A stretch of 64,000 nucleotides of DNA from Patellaria atrata CBS 101060 (Eukaryota), in contig MU006098.1 of assembly GCA_010093705.1 (NCBI GenBank), forward strand, positions 293,981 to 357,980. Direction: 5' to 3'. Shown piece by piece: positions 11,384-22,264 of this stretch. Every line of letters begins with the position of its first letter. Position 1 is the stretch's first letter. The position numbers were made by a program, and so were the translations under genes. The notes beneath the pieces are model-generated. The model saw nothing but the letters and a program-made list of their open reading frames with translations. It ran no database searches and was not told the origin of the DNA.

Positions 11384-13819
11384 GTATTTAGAATGGTTAG
11401 TATGTGTAGGGGAACTATGATGCCGAAGTGATCGAAATTTAGCGAGTACCATTTTTGATCTCAGTTGGTTCTATGAAACAATGTTTGGAAACCGGCGTTA
11501 ATGAGGAACAGCCATCGGCCTGGGGGAGTTACTGAGCGTTGAATGTATTTTACGGTCTCAGTCCGATGATAACTGTTCAAAGGAAATTTCATCGTTTGAT
11601 GTGCCCTCTGAAATAGCTATAGGGATTCCGATTTCCCTATACTGAAATAGAATGACCGGATCCCAGTGACAGGTCTCGTTCACATAGTCTTAGCCTTTCA
11701 TTCGTCGGCTTCCCTGGGCATAAAGAACAGGTTTGTGGGAAAATTGCAGAGTACATACGTCGATGATAGGGAAAATAATACTTGCTATACTCATTAAAAT
11801 ATATAGTATGATGTGATATTGTATACCTTGGCTTCAGGCAGTTTTGAGAGAGTACCACAGTATCTTACTGATTGGGTATAGGTAATGAGAAGAGTAAGCT
11901 GTAGGGACGGCTTTTGAGAGATCGATGACAGCAAAAACTTGTCCGGGGGTTCAAGGAGGCGATAGTCCTGATTGTTTTGCGATCTTATTTTTTCTTTTTT
12001 TTTCTGGTGTAGTTCTTTTTGCTGTCTGTATGGTAGGGTTGACTCAGATTGTGTTTGACATCAAGTGAGGTCAAGAGCGCACTGACAGCCCCGGAATATC
12101 GGGTGAGCACTCCCGCAAGTTCCCAACCACAACCTCAGGGGTCATTTTCACAACAAAAACGAACCAAAAGCATCTAAATAGCCTCAAGACATCATCTAAG
12201 AGCACTCACCTCGGTTAACAATAATCTAGAAGGGATACCCCACGCCGGCTGGAGTTCTTGGATGATATAGGAGACATCAAATGGAATCGGTCAGGAACAA
12301 TGGAAATGGAGCGGCGGACAGCCGAAACTCACACCTTAACTATTAACGCTAAAGTATATACTGACACACTATCACATATAATCTAGCGGCAGTACAACAG
12401 GCGTATCCGTCTTACAGATCGTTCAGCGCTTTGCTCGATACCACTATCATACTGTTAAACCAGGATCCTTCAGCCCAAACTCTTACTACGCTCCCCATTT
12501 GCGCGATCATACCTGGAAGTTCTTATCCCCACCTCTAAAGATTATTCTATATTCGTGAAAGAGCAAGGCAATAAAGTTAAAGCGAGCTCGCGGCATGGCT
12601 GACTTTTAGGCCTCGTTGGTCTCCTTACAAATATTGTGGATGAGCGCTTTTGGTTTACATCATGGATATTGGGGACTATGTTTAGCAAACTCTATTTCCG
12701 TAGACACTCCAGGACGGAAACCGTAAGCAGTATCCTTAAGAGAGATACTAATGTATAGATCAGAGATAAATCTATTACGACCGGGGATCATGCCTTCAGA
12801 ACGTAGAAGTTGAGGCTCATTTGAAAAGTTGAACCAAGCTCGACTAGATGCGTATCTGAATGTCCACATGAAAGAAATAGTACGTGGAGGTAGCTAAATG
12901 AGGTAAACAGTGCTATAAGATACCCTGCAAGCTAATTACTTCGTGAAACTCACCTCGTGCACTGTTTCACGGTTTTCTCTTATCTCTTTTCTCTTCTTCT
13001 CACTTCTTCATAATACACAAATTATCTCTCTCGTAATCCTACAAAGTTGTCATGTCAGAATCTTGATTTCTGTGTCTGCTAAACCAACTGAAGTAGTCAT
13101 ATCAAAGCTGAAAAATTTGTTACTATTTTTCCCTTAAAGCATGTCAGACATGATTTCCCCCATAGTCTTTGCCGTCGTCAGTACGTGATTCCTCTGTGGA
13201 TTCATCGAAGATTGGTTCTAGAAAGGGATTGAAGCATTGAAACCCAAAACTCCAAGAGCTCCTGGAATATTCTAGCGATGGTTGGCTCATCATCCCTTTA
13301 CTGCATTACCAAGCTACATTTATTCTTCACCGGTTGACGCACTTGTACAACAAAAATGTCCTTAACGAGAGTTCTGCATCTTGCGTTGACGCAACATCCA
13401 CGCTTTTACAGTGTGTACAGCTTAGCACTAGCTATCATGCATACGGTCTGCGGGGAATTCGTCGCCTCACTCGCCTAAACCTACGACAAAAGAAATTACA
13501 ACCAATCATAATAACGACGACGTCTGCGCCAGGAGTAACACAACCTACACAACCTTCCTTGTCCGGATCGAGCCAAGAATAGTTCCCGTTCACCTGATGA
13601 TTGTCGCCTTGGAGCTTTTTGCTGATGTTGCTCGTCTGGATTGGTCCTAGGATTCTGCTAGAAGATAGAGAGTTGCTTCCTGCGAGCCTTGTCAACATAG
13701 GAAAATAAAGATAACCACTATGGCGTGAAACTTGAATCCTAATCACAATTCCTTCAAGAGACGACTCCGCGGGCCACACGATTCGGGCCACAAGCAAGAT
13801 CACCAGTCACCAGGGTAGC

Positions 13820-15797
13820 ATGCGACTCGTCAACACTTCTATTTCTGGTCGATCAATCTGGGATGGATCGAGTAAAAAGCGGTTTGAGGACCGAATTGAT
13901 GCCCTTAACGAGACGCACTACGTACCTGGACCACGAGTCTTGGCAGAAAATGACTGGCCCAAGGATACCATTCAGAAAGCTATCCCCTTCTCTACCGAGA
14001 AGCAGCTTTGCGATGATCTTGCTTTCATTGCATCTCATGAAAAAGGAGTCGAATACGTTACTGCTGTATGTATCGAACATAACAGCTCCGAATCATGCGG
14101 CCTTACTGTGAGACTGGCAGCGAATGAGGGTATTTGTTATCGTGTCCAGTCTTCAGTCGAGACAATCCTTCAGCTTCTGGAGAAGTGCGCAAGGAAAGGT
14201 TAGTGTGAGCACTGTGCCTCTTGACTAACCTGCGCTAATCCGTCATACCACAGAAATATCCCGTGACAAATGTGCAGGAGATATCTTCGATATTATTGTA
14301 AAGCTTAATCGAAACAAACTCTTTGGGCGACTAGGATCGAAGTTCTTTCGACCACCTTTTTACGAACGAAGAGTCAAAAGAGAAGAATTGATACCTCACT
14401 TCTGGACGTCAATAGCCGCTTCTGTGCCAGCTGAACTATTGGACGAGGAACTCTGTGCTCAGATAATTAAATGCAACAGATCATTTCTTGACCTAGAGAA
14501 TAGCCCAGGTCAAACGGAGCTGAGGACTGACGCTTTGAAAGCTGTTGTAAAAGATGTCTTCTCCATCACAGGAGACGGGTATTGTCTTCCAGCACGTTTG
14601 ACGGAATTAGGCATCCCACCTTCTCGAGTCGAGGTAAAAGACGTTGTTTCGATAGCCAAAGTTGCCAATTACTGGCGTGTCTGCGAAAGTCTTGTGCATC
14701 TGAGTCGGTCGTACCGAAAACTGTTCTCCAACTTAGAACTAAAGCTCATCGAACCTTATGGTCCGGTCCAGTCAATAAGTAAGAAACACGATTTGTACGT
14801 TCATGCGGAAGTCCAAATGATAGTTCATTACGAGACAACACTTGATCAACCGTGGCCACGAGCAATTGGCGCATCCAAGGAAGCATGTTACTTGTGTGAT
14901 CTTTTTGTGAAAGCTCACGACCACTTATACTTAACCAAATCGCATCGACAGATCTACAACCAGTGGACAATCCCGGACCTCAATAACTATAGTCCGCATA
15001 CGTTGAGACGCTTCCGACGTGTGATATCTTCGATGTCTGAAACTATAGCGAAAGATCTTAGCATTGCAAGGCTCAATCGTATCTATCGACAACATCCCCC
15101 TCAAAGTTCTGTTGCACTACATCAAATGATACTACCGTCAGCCTCTGTTACAACTATTGCTTCCTCTGGCTCTGACACCATATCCGCAGGCTCTGCTATA
15201 GAAGTAGCCCCGGCCCAGGGAGCCCTAGTTCTTGTTTCTGAAGGAACGAGTGCCCCAACTATTTCAACCGTACAGATCGCTAACGATACTATCGCCGCGT
15301 CGTCGATACATGGTGGTGACCATCATCCTACCCATAATTTAGACCCGATACCTGAGACTGCTGCTCTCCAATCGTCGACCGAAGACGACCTTGGTGATTC
15401 CACTTCTCGGTCATCGTTGCTAAGTGCAGTAAACTACGGAATGGACCATCCTAAAATGTTTGATTCTTCACTTTACGCCGAATTTAGCTGGGCTAACTTA
15501 CATTTCTCCTTGGATTACACCTCCTCAAACAACCCTTCAAGCGACTATGGTATGGAATACACTCAAGATCAGTTTACCAAAGCTAGTATATGCTTATGGT
15601 CCGTAGATGGCGCTGCGAACGAGACTAAAGACGTTCATTGTGCTGACATTAGCACTCTCAAACCGGGAGAAGAGATAGTTCTGGAGCGGAATATCGAACT
15701 GGGTTCCGAGCAGAAGACGGATCCCGATATGAAGATACTCCTTACACACAGTACAAAAGACGGGATATTGGTACGATGTATTTGGCATAGGACATAA
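13820..15797 (+). CDS. OTT_1508-like Zn-dependent nucleic acid/nucleotide deaminase
   Basis: Exons 13820-14198 and 14254-15797 join in frame. N-terminal EKQLCDDLAFIA..VTAVCIE..LTVRLAANEG. Catalytic VHAEVQM and IGASKEACYLC (HxE...CxxC), followed by H..IY.QWTIPD. Confidence 0.85.
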
Positions 15798-17813
15798 GGA
15801 CTTAAGGCTCTTTACGCCTTTTCTTCACAGTGTGCTCCTAGGTTACTGTACACTTGATACGAAAATGGCCTCCAGTCTCGCTGCATTTATAGAGCTGACT
15901 GTAAAACGGGCTATCAGCTGTACTATGCCGGTACCGCACATAATACCGAAAGTCTATCAAAATATTGGAGCCAGGATTCACCGAACAGGGTATAACAAGC
16001 GTACAGCACCCGAAGAGTACCAAAGTCTGGCAAGGGAGAAGATACCGTTCTACGCTTGCTTTGAACCCTTATGCTTAGGATTTTTTGATGAGGAATACCA
16101 TTGCGGTCGAGTATGAAGGCATGACAGCAACCAGTTATGCATGTCTAGGTGCCGCTCCAGCACTTGTAGTCCTTAACCTGCAGCTGGATAGACACTCTTT
16201 CTGTTGTTGGCTTTTCCCAAGTTTCCTTTCAGAGGAGATCAAATCGTCTGTATCGGTTCTAAAGTAACATTTAGTAAATTTTCGTTCGTGGTATCAGTTT
16301 TCGCACTCTTCAAATTGCGTTTTATGTGTTTGAATATCTTCGCCGAACGTGTAGGTACATCCTGCCAGGACTTGAAGATCCCGACGAGGGAAAAAAGTAA
16401 TAGGACAGGTCTTTTTCCCATGTCACCCCACAATGGAATGTTATCAACACGCTCTAGTGATATTCATAGCATTACACACATCTTTATCGTGAATAAAGCG
16501 CCCAGTTCATATACTATTGCTACCATGTTTACTTCAATTCGACACTGGGATTTTTCTTTGCTAGTACCGGCTGAAGATCCTCATGAAAATAATACGAATC
16601 ACACTGCAACCAAATGGAGAATAGAAATAGGGTCGAAGTCTAGTTCTTCGACGATGGGGTTCCACTATACGCAATTCTTAGCCACACCTGGGGACCCGAA
16701 GAGGTCCTCTTCCAAGACATAGAAATTGGAACAGCAAAGGCGAAGAAAAGCTTCTCCAAAGTCCAGGGGTGCTGCAACAAAGCAAAAAAAGATGAATATG
16801 GATACGTTTGGATCGATACCTGCTGTGTCGATAAGTCAAGCAGCGCAGAACTGTCGGAAGCCATTAATACCATGTTTAAGTGTTATTAGAATTCTGGAGT
16901 GTGCTATGCGTACCTTGCCGATGTGACCACCGAAGCATCGAAAGGTATTCCAGTAATACTAATTAATGAATCTACAGTAGAAGAAGAGAATGAAGTGCTG
17001 TCTGCCCAAGACTTCTATAAGAGCCGATGGTTCACATGAAGTTAGACTCTCTAAGAACTAGAAGCACCCTCGGTGGTTGAATTCTACTCACTCCAGTGGT
17101 GCTTGATCGGAACAAAATCAAGTCTCAAATGGCAGATCTCAAAAACGACGCGGATATCCTTGCTAATTTTAGAAGGCGAGAGCTGCTCGACTTGCCTTGC
17201 TGCTGAGATCATGAATTGGGCATCCCGCCGGAAAACCAGTCGTCAGGAAGATGTGGCCTACTGTTTACGAGGACTATTTGACCTAACATGGTTTTGATGT
17301 ATGGAGAAGGTCAGAAGGCATTCGTTAGGCTACAAGAAGAAATCTTGAGCCAAAGAGAAGATTATAGTGTGTTCGCTTGGTCATCAAGATCAGAAGACTT
17401 GATGGGTACTAGGCTTCTTGCATCTGCGCCCTCTGCATACTCAGAAGTCAGGGTACTGAACTTCCAGTGGCGTAGCGACTCCAACGGACTCGGAAAAACC
17501 TAGCCGAGCGGACGGAATCGGATGGAATATTACCGGATGAGTACTTTAGATCAATGAAAATGATACCTCCATGGAAATGCGCGTTGGAATTTGAAAACAG
17601 ACAAATGAGTCGCAAAATTCGATCAGACATCAGTCCAGCTCAACTCACAGGACGTGGCCTCCGACTGAATTTCCCTATATTCCAGGGAAGTGTTCTTGTC
17701 AGCAGACAAGACTGTTACCTCGCTTGGACGTTTTGTATTTAACGTGACAAAGTATTATGCGTTGTAATCAAGAAATTTGCCGCTGCATACTTCAGAGTTG
17801 GGCAATCCCTGTA

Positions 17814-17853
17814 GAAGTCTTGGACACTCCGTGCACAGAGACACTCCGTGCAC
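17814..17853. repeat. Left TIR plus an internal direct repeat
   Basis: TIR at 17814-17836. GACACTCCGTGCAC occurs at 17823-17836 and again at 17840-17853. Confidence 0.9.
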
Positions 17854-17966
17854 GGTGATCACCACCAACAGTATGGCTTTTGAATTACGAATATCTCAAC
17901 AACCATAAGTCCGTTTATATTCAAATTTGGTAGAATAGTTATTTAGATAGTAAGAAATAGATCTAT

Positions 17967-19841
17967 CTATGTTTCAAAATCTAAAAATCGTGCTGGTGCT
18001 TTGCGCGTGCGTTTTGGACGAGAACTACCTTCACCACTATCCTGAACTTTTAATGGAGATAGAACAACAACTTCCTTCTGTTGAGTGGTAGTAAATACAC
18101 CTTTTGATACCTTATTGCGTAGCCGTGACTGTCTGATATCGCCAATAAGCTGTTGTTGAGCCTGACGAGCCTCAGTAGCACGCTCTCGAGCTGATACCTT
18201 TACTAATACCTCCGTCTCACGTTGTTTTTTACTCTCTTCTCTCGCTTTTTGACGAGCAGCAAGCAGTACTTTCTTCTCCTGGTTCTTTTGCTGCCTTTTA
18301 AGTATAGCCTGGTATTTTTGAGCCTGTTGGCGCTCCTTTTCAGTGTCTTGTTCAGCTAAGAGCTGTTTTGCTAATGCTACTTTTGACGGGGTAAACACTT
18401 GAGCATAACCCTCCTCTTTAAGACCAGTAGACTTAAATGCTGGCTTCTGACGCTTGCGCTTCTTTATCTCATTCTGTAGAGCTCGTCTAAGTCCGTCAAC
18501 TCGGCCACGAAGCACTGAAATCTCGGAAGTGATCTGTAGGATGATATCATCTAAACGTTGAGTCTCCTTATCAGAAAAGTCACGACAGGCAACCTTTAGA
18601 AGCCTCTCTATCTTCCGCCAATCAGTTAGAGATACTTCTGAAGATACTGAATCTTCTGAGCCTAGTCTACTATCTTCACTAGGTATTTTGAAGTCAAGTT
18701 CGCCTAAAATAATAGTAGGATTAAAGGGAGATAATCCTGTTTTCCGGAATCCTGAAAGTACATTTTTCTCCGCAAAAGCCTTCTGAAAAGAAGGCCAAAA
18801 TAGACGGAAGAAGTCTCGCTTTATAACGCTACAAAGGCCCTCAGAGTCGTGTATAAATATGTCCAACTCCTGACTATAGTACTGAGCCAGGGGAGCAAAT
18901 AATGAGACGTCAAGAGGTTGTAAACGGTGAGTTGAATGCGGAGGAAAAACAGCCAGCAGGATTCTATGATTTAACGCAAAATCAATGAATTTCATTGTGA
19001 CGTGAGATCCGTGCCCATCAAGTATTAAAACTCTCCACTCTCTATCGCTTGTGGGTCTAGTATACGGCTCAAAGACTCGTGTTAGCCACTGATATCCGAG
19101 CTCGTTATTCGTCCAGCCAGTTGGAGAGGAAGCAAAAGAGCATTTATGGATATTTTCGTTATAGTCTTGTATCCACGTATCCTGAATATCTCCACTAACC
19201 GCCTCGTAAATCAGCATTGGATCCAGGTGCCTACCGTCAGCACAGATAGCAGCAAGACACGTTATCCACGATCTACTACCATCTTGAAGTACGTGCTTCA
19301 GAGCCCCTGTTTCGTAGTATGCTTTAGAGAAGTAACGACGTTGCTTTTGCAGTATACCCATTAGAAAGCCCTTCTCGTCCATATTCCATATATTAGGGAT
19401 TTTAACCCTATACTGCTCTATTTTACGAGCTAATAGCTCAAAGTATAGCGCGTAGTAGAAGGCAGATTCTGAATTTTTCCTGGATTTATCTAGCCCTGAG
19501 AGATATCCAGATTTCAAACATTTTGAATTTCGCTTGATCCAGCGGCTTGGCCATTTAGCTGACGGCTCTTTCTTAGCAATCTCTGCTGCCCAGGTCCGTA
19601 CCATTAATGGAGTAGGCGCTAAGCCTTGCGCAGAGACTCTGTTAATATAATTAATAAGGAATTTGGACTGGGATTCGTTGAGGAATTCTCTCCTCTTGTA
19701 CGCCGTATCCATAGAACGGGTTATACCTCTCCATCGACGCGACAACGTAGTACGGTCAACACCAAACTTTTTAGCAGTATGGCTGATATTAGGTACTGAT
19801 TGGCTATTCAGATCATCAAGAGCGAGGTCAATAGCTACCAT
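17967..19841 (-). CDS. Pogo/Fot1 DDE_1 transposase (psq-like HTH + CENP-B HTH + DDE)
   Basis: Uninterrupted ORF from ATG 19841. Motifs AKKFGVDRTTLSRR, WNMDEKGF, GWTNNELGYQWL, LILDGHGSH, PPHSTHRLQPLDV. Confidence 0.95.
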   Translation of the reverse strand: MVAIDLALDDLNSQSVPNISHTAKKFGVDRTTLSRRWRGITRSMDTAYKRREFLNESQSKFLINYINRVSAQGLAPTPLMVRTWAAEIAKKEPSAKWPSRWIKRNSKCLKSGYLSGLDKSRKNSESAFYYALYFELLARKIEQYRVKIPNIWNMDEKGFLMGILQKQRRYFSKAYYETGALKHVLQDGSRSWITCLAAICADGRHLDPMLIYEAVSGDIQDTWIQDYNENIHKCSFASSPTGWTNNELGYQWLTRVFEPYTRPTSDREWRVLILDGHGSHVTMKFIDFALNHRILLAVFPPHSTHRLQPLDVSLFAPLAQYYSQELDIFIHDSEGLCSVIKRDFFRLFWPSFQKAFAEKNVLSGFRKTGLSPFNPTIILGELDFKIPSEDSRLGSEDSVSSEVSLTDWRKIERLLKVACRDFSDKETQRLDDIILQITSEISVLRGRVDGLRRALQNEIKKRKRQKPAFKSTGLKEEGYAQVFTPSKVALAKQLLAEQDTEKERQQAQKYQAILKRQQKNQEKKVLLAARQKAREESKKQRETEVLVKVSARERATEARQAQQQLIGDIRQSRLRNKVSKGVFTTTQQKEVVVLSPLKVQDSGEGSSRPKRTRKAPARFLDFET

Positions 19842-19892
19842 ATTGATGGAGATATTGAATTTTGAAGTAACAGTATAGGTTTGTGGGGTGGC

Positions 19893-19915
19893 GTGCACGG
19901 AGTGTCCAAGACTTC
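19893..19915. repeat. Right TIR
   Basis: Exact reverse complement of 17814-17836. Confidence 0.95.
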
Positions 19916-22264
19916 TACGCCTTAGATGTTGCTGCGACCTATCTCAAGCAATTCGAGATTCGAGATACCTTCGCACAGTCCTTATCGATCAGAAGCAAAA
20001 TCTCGTCTCTCCTTCCATTATTTCTTAGGGTGAATCTCATATCTCCCTTCGTTGAGAGTTAGTATAAAGCTTCAGCCGATACTAGACCATTAACAATCAT
20101 CAAGGATGATAGTGTGGAATGCTGGTCCTCCGCGTCGTCCCGAAAATTCTGTATCTTGTTCGTTAAATTGAAACCAATCTCTCTTGCTTCCGGGTTGGCC
20201 GAGCTTCCGGTGTTCGTAACAGTTGGAGAATCTAAAGGGGATCTGTGATGCGATGTATCCGTTGGAAAATCTGCTTCGGGTTCTACCATACCCGACCAAT
20301 ACCATACTGTCTTAGATAAGGCTTTGGAAAGGGTGAGTCGAGCCATATTTTCCGATCGCGCAGCCCTCATTTTAGAGACAATTGTGATCTCTACAACGAT
20401 CATGAAGGGGAGCTGTGGGTAGAGAGTCTCTGTGGAGTCATATCAAACAGAAGCAAGGTTGCATTTATCAGTATCTACATTTGAGAATCGAGAAAAGTGG
20501 GTGGATTTATGTCTGAATGACCCAAAATTGGCTTGGAAGACAATTAATAAAACGGAAAACATTGTTTAGTTTTATATTTCATTATTATCGCTTCGCTAAT
20601 AATGAAGATTGTGTAACAATCACATCGTACATCCATCTCAAAATGCACACCAATATGATGGGCGGTTTGTAAATAAGGACTAGACTAGGCAGCGCATTTG
20701 CACGACTTCAGTTATTCCGTAGAAATACATCACCTAAATAACGACCACTATACTCAGCCAACGATAGCGATAATCATCCCCCCCCCCTTCCTTTCCCTCT
20801 GATCCCACATGTGGTTTATCACCTACCCATCCCCCTATAAACTCGATATCCTTATCAGTCAACTAATTCTAAGTCCCCAGTAAAACGAGGATTAGCTGTT
20901 TCAATCCGGTGCATCTTTCTTCCCACCCTCTATTCCTATACCCTTCCTATACCCTTCCTCACAAGCTCCCTATAGGGTCCCCTCACACATATCACGGTGG
21001 TTGGGACCCTCGATCAAATTCAACATTTCGTACACCCTCCCCGTCCGCTTCCGAGGCTCTCTCTTCATCTTGATCTGTTGTACGTCATGCATACAAACCA
21101 CGCTATCATATGACAGTGGAGATCTAATACAAACAACAACCACGCATTTCTAGGAACTGACATCAGCACTTTCTCCTCCGAGCAAGGCCAGAAATTGTGC
21201 TCTCTGGGATACTTCCCTGGTTGCGGTTTCGGCATTGGGTTTAAGAATTTGGGGGTTCGGGGGGGTATGCATCATGCTGACTGGAGTGTTTCTGGCGTGT
21301 TTTATGCGATCTCTCACCTGCTGGACGCAAGGAGGCACGTCTATCCGCAAGATACTGAATCGAGGGGTTGGGTTACTACCACACCGGTGGTCGGGGTACG
21401 ATTGCACGGCTTCGAAACTCGTGATTGATGGAGAAGGTGGGTAGTAGAACTCGCAGACTGGGACTGTGCCTCCGTGGTATCGGAAAACCGAGATTTTGAC
21501 GCTGCTTACGGTATACACGTATATGTCCCCCCTTCTCCTTAACACCATATTTCACACGCTGCATCCGCCTCACCGTACAGCACCTTTGCTGAAAACGTAT
21601 GACAGACCCAACCCGATCGATCCGAGTGTGGGAGTTCGGAGAACGTGGTATAGCACCATCCGCATAGCTGCACACCATTCACATTCACATTCGTAGCAGA
21701 GTACATCTACAGTATAGACCATCGAATACATGTCCCGCGGGATATTAGTCGGAGGGGGGGGGGGGGGGGGCTGCTTTAGTAAATGGTAAAGGGATGGAGG
21801 AAACTTAGTGTACTGTGGTGTACTGTTTTGAACTGTACCGGTTCAGAGTTTATAACAACACAGTACAGATAGTGGAGGGTGAGATGTCAATCCACGGTAA
21901 GGCACGGTACAATTTTCAGATGCCATTATGCTTCTATCCCCTTGGAAGCCACATAAAGCACGCACACGTAGTTTTGAGAACAGAAGTCTGACCACCCCAT
22001 GCTATTCCACTACACCGGCACGCCGGACAAGGAAAGTATACTCCGCCCAAATTCCCAAGAAGACGCCCATCGCAATGCAGACGCCGCGCATTCAAGCAGC
22101 CCAGTTTCGCGTAAAAAGCTCGGTTTCGGGGCCGAGAGACAAACTCGCCGGAGCGATGACGACCTCGATGATAAGACACGCCCATCAGATAATAGTGCTC
22201 TTTCTAACCACACTCCCCTCCCCCCCCGCTCCGTTCCCTTCCCCAACCCCCCAAACACCCAACA

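Larger units (their letters stand above)
17814..19915 (-). mobile_element. Fot1/Pogo-type (Tc1/mariner superfamily) DNA transposon, full length
   Basis: Perfect 23-bp TIRs GAAGTCTTGGACACTCCGTGCAC, flanked by TA at 17812-17813 and 19916-19917. Contains a single transposase ORF. Confidence 0.95.
16583..20569 (+). pseudogene. HET-domain (heterokaryon incompatibility) gene, pseudogenised and interrupted by a Pogo transposon
   Basis: PLYAILSHTWGPEEVLFQD, YVWIDTCCVDKSSSAELSEAINTMF, SRWFT*S*TL*ELEAP, WASRRKTSRQEDVAYCLRGLF (frameshift) MYGEGQKAFVRLQEEI..DYSVFAW, PAQLTGRGL. The frame continues across the transposon TA site to a stop near 20569. Both ends are approximate. Confidence 0.88.

Noticed and set aside
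12030..12130. tRNA-like 3' end (CGGGTGAGCACTCCCGCAAGTTCCCAACCA)
   Set aside because: No TTC T-loop, no matching acceptor stem, and no cloverleaf could be built.
13820..17820. The deaminase itself causing the C>T stops in the adjacent HET gene
   Set aside because: The same mutation pattern occurs in retroelements over 40 kb away and is explained by RIP; nothing supports a cis-acting mutator.
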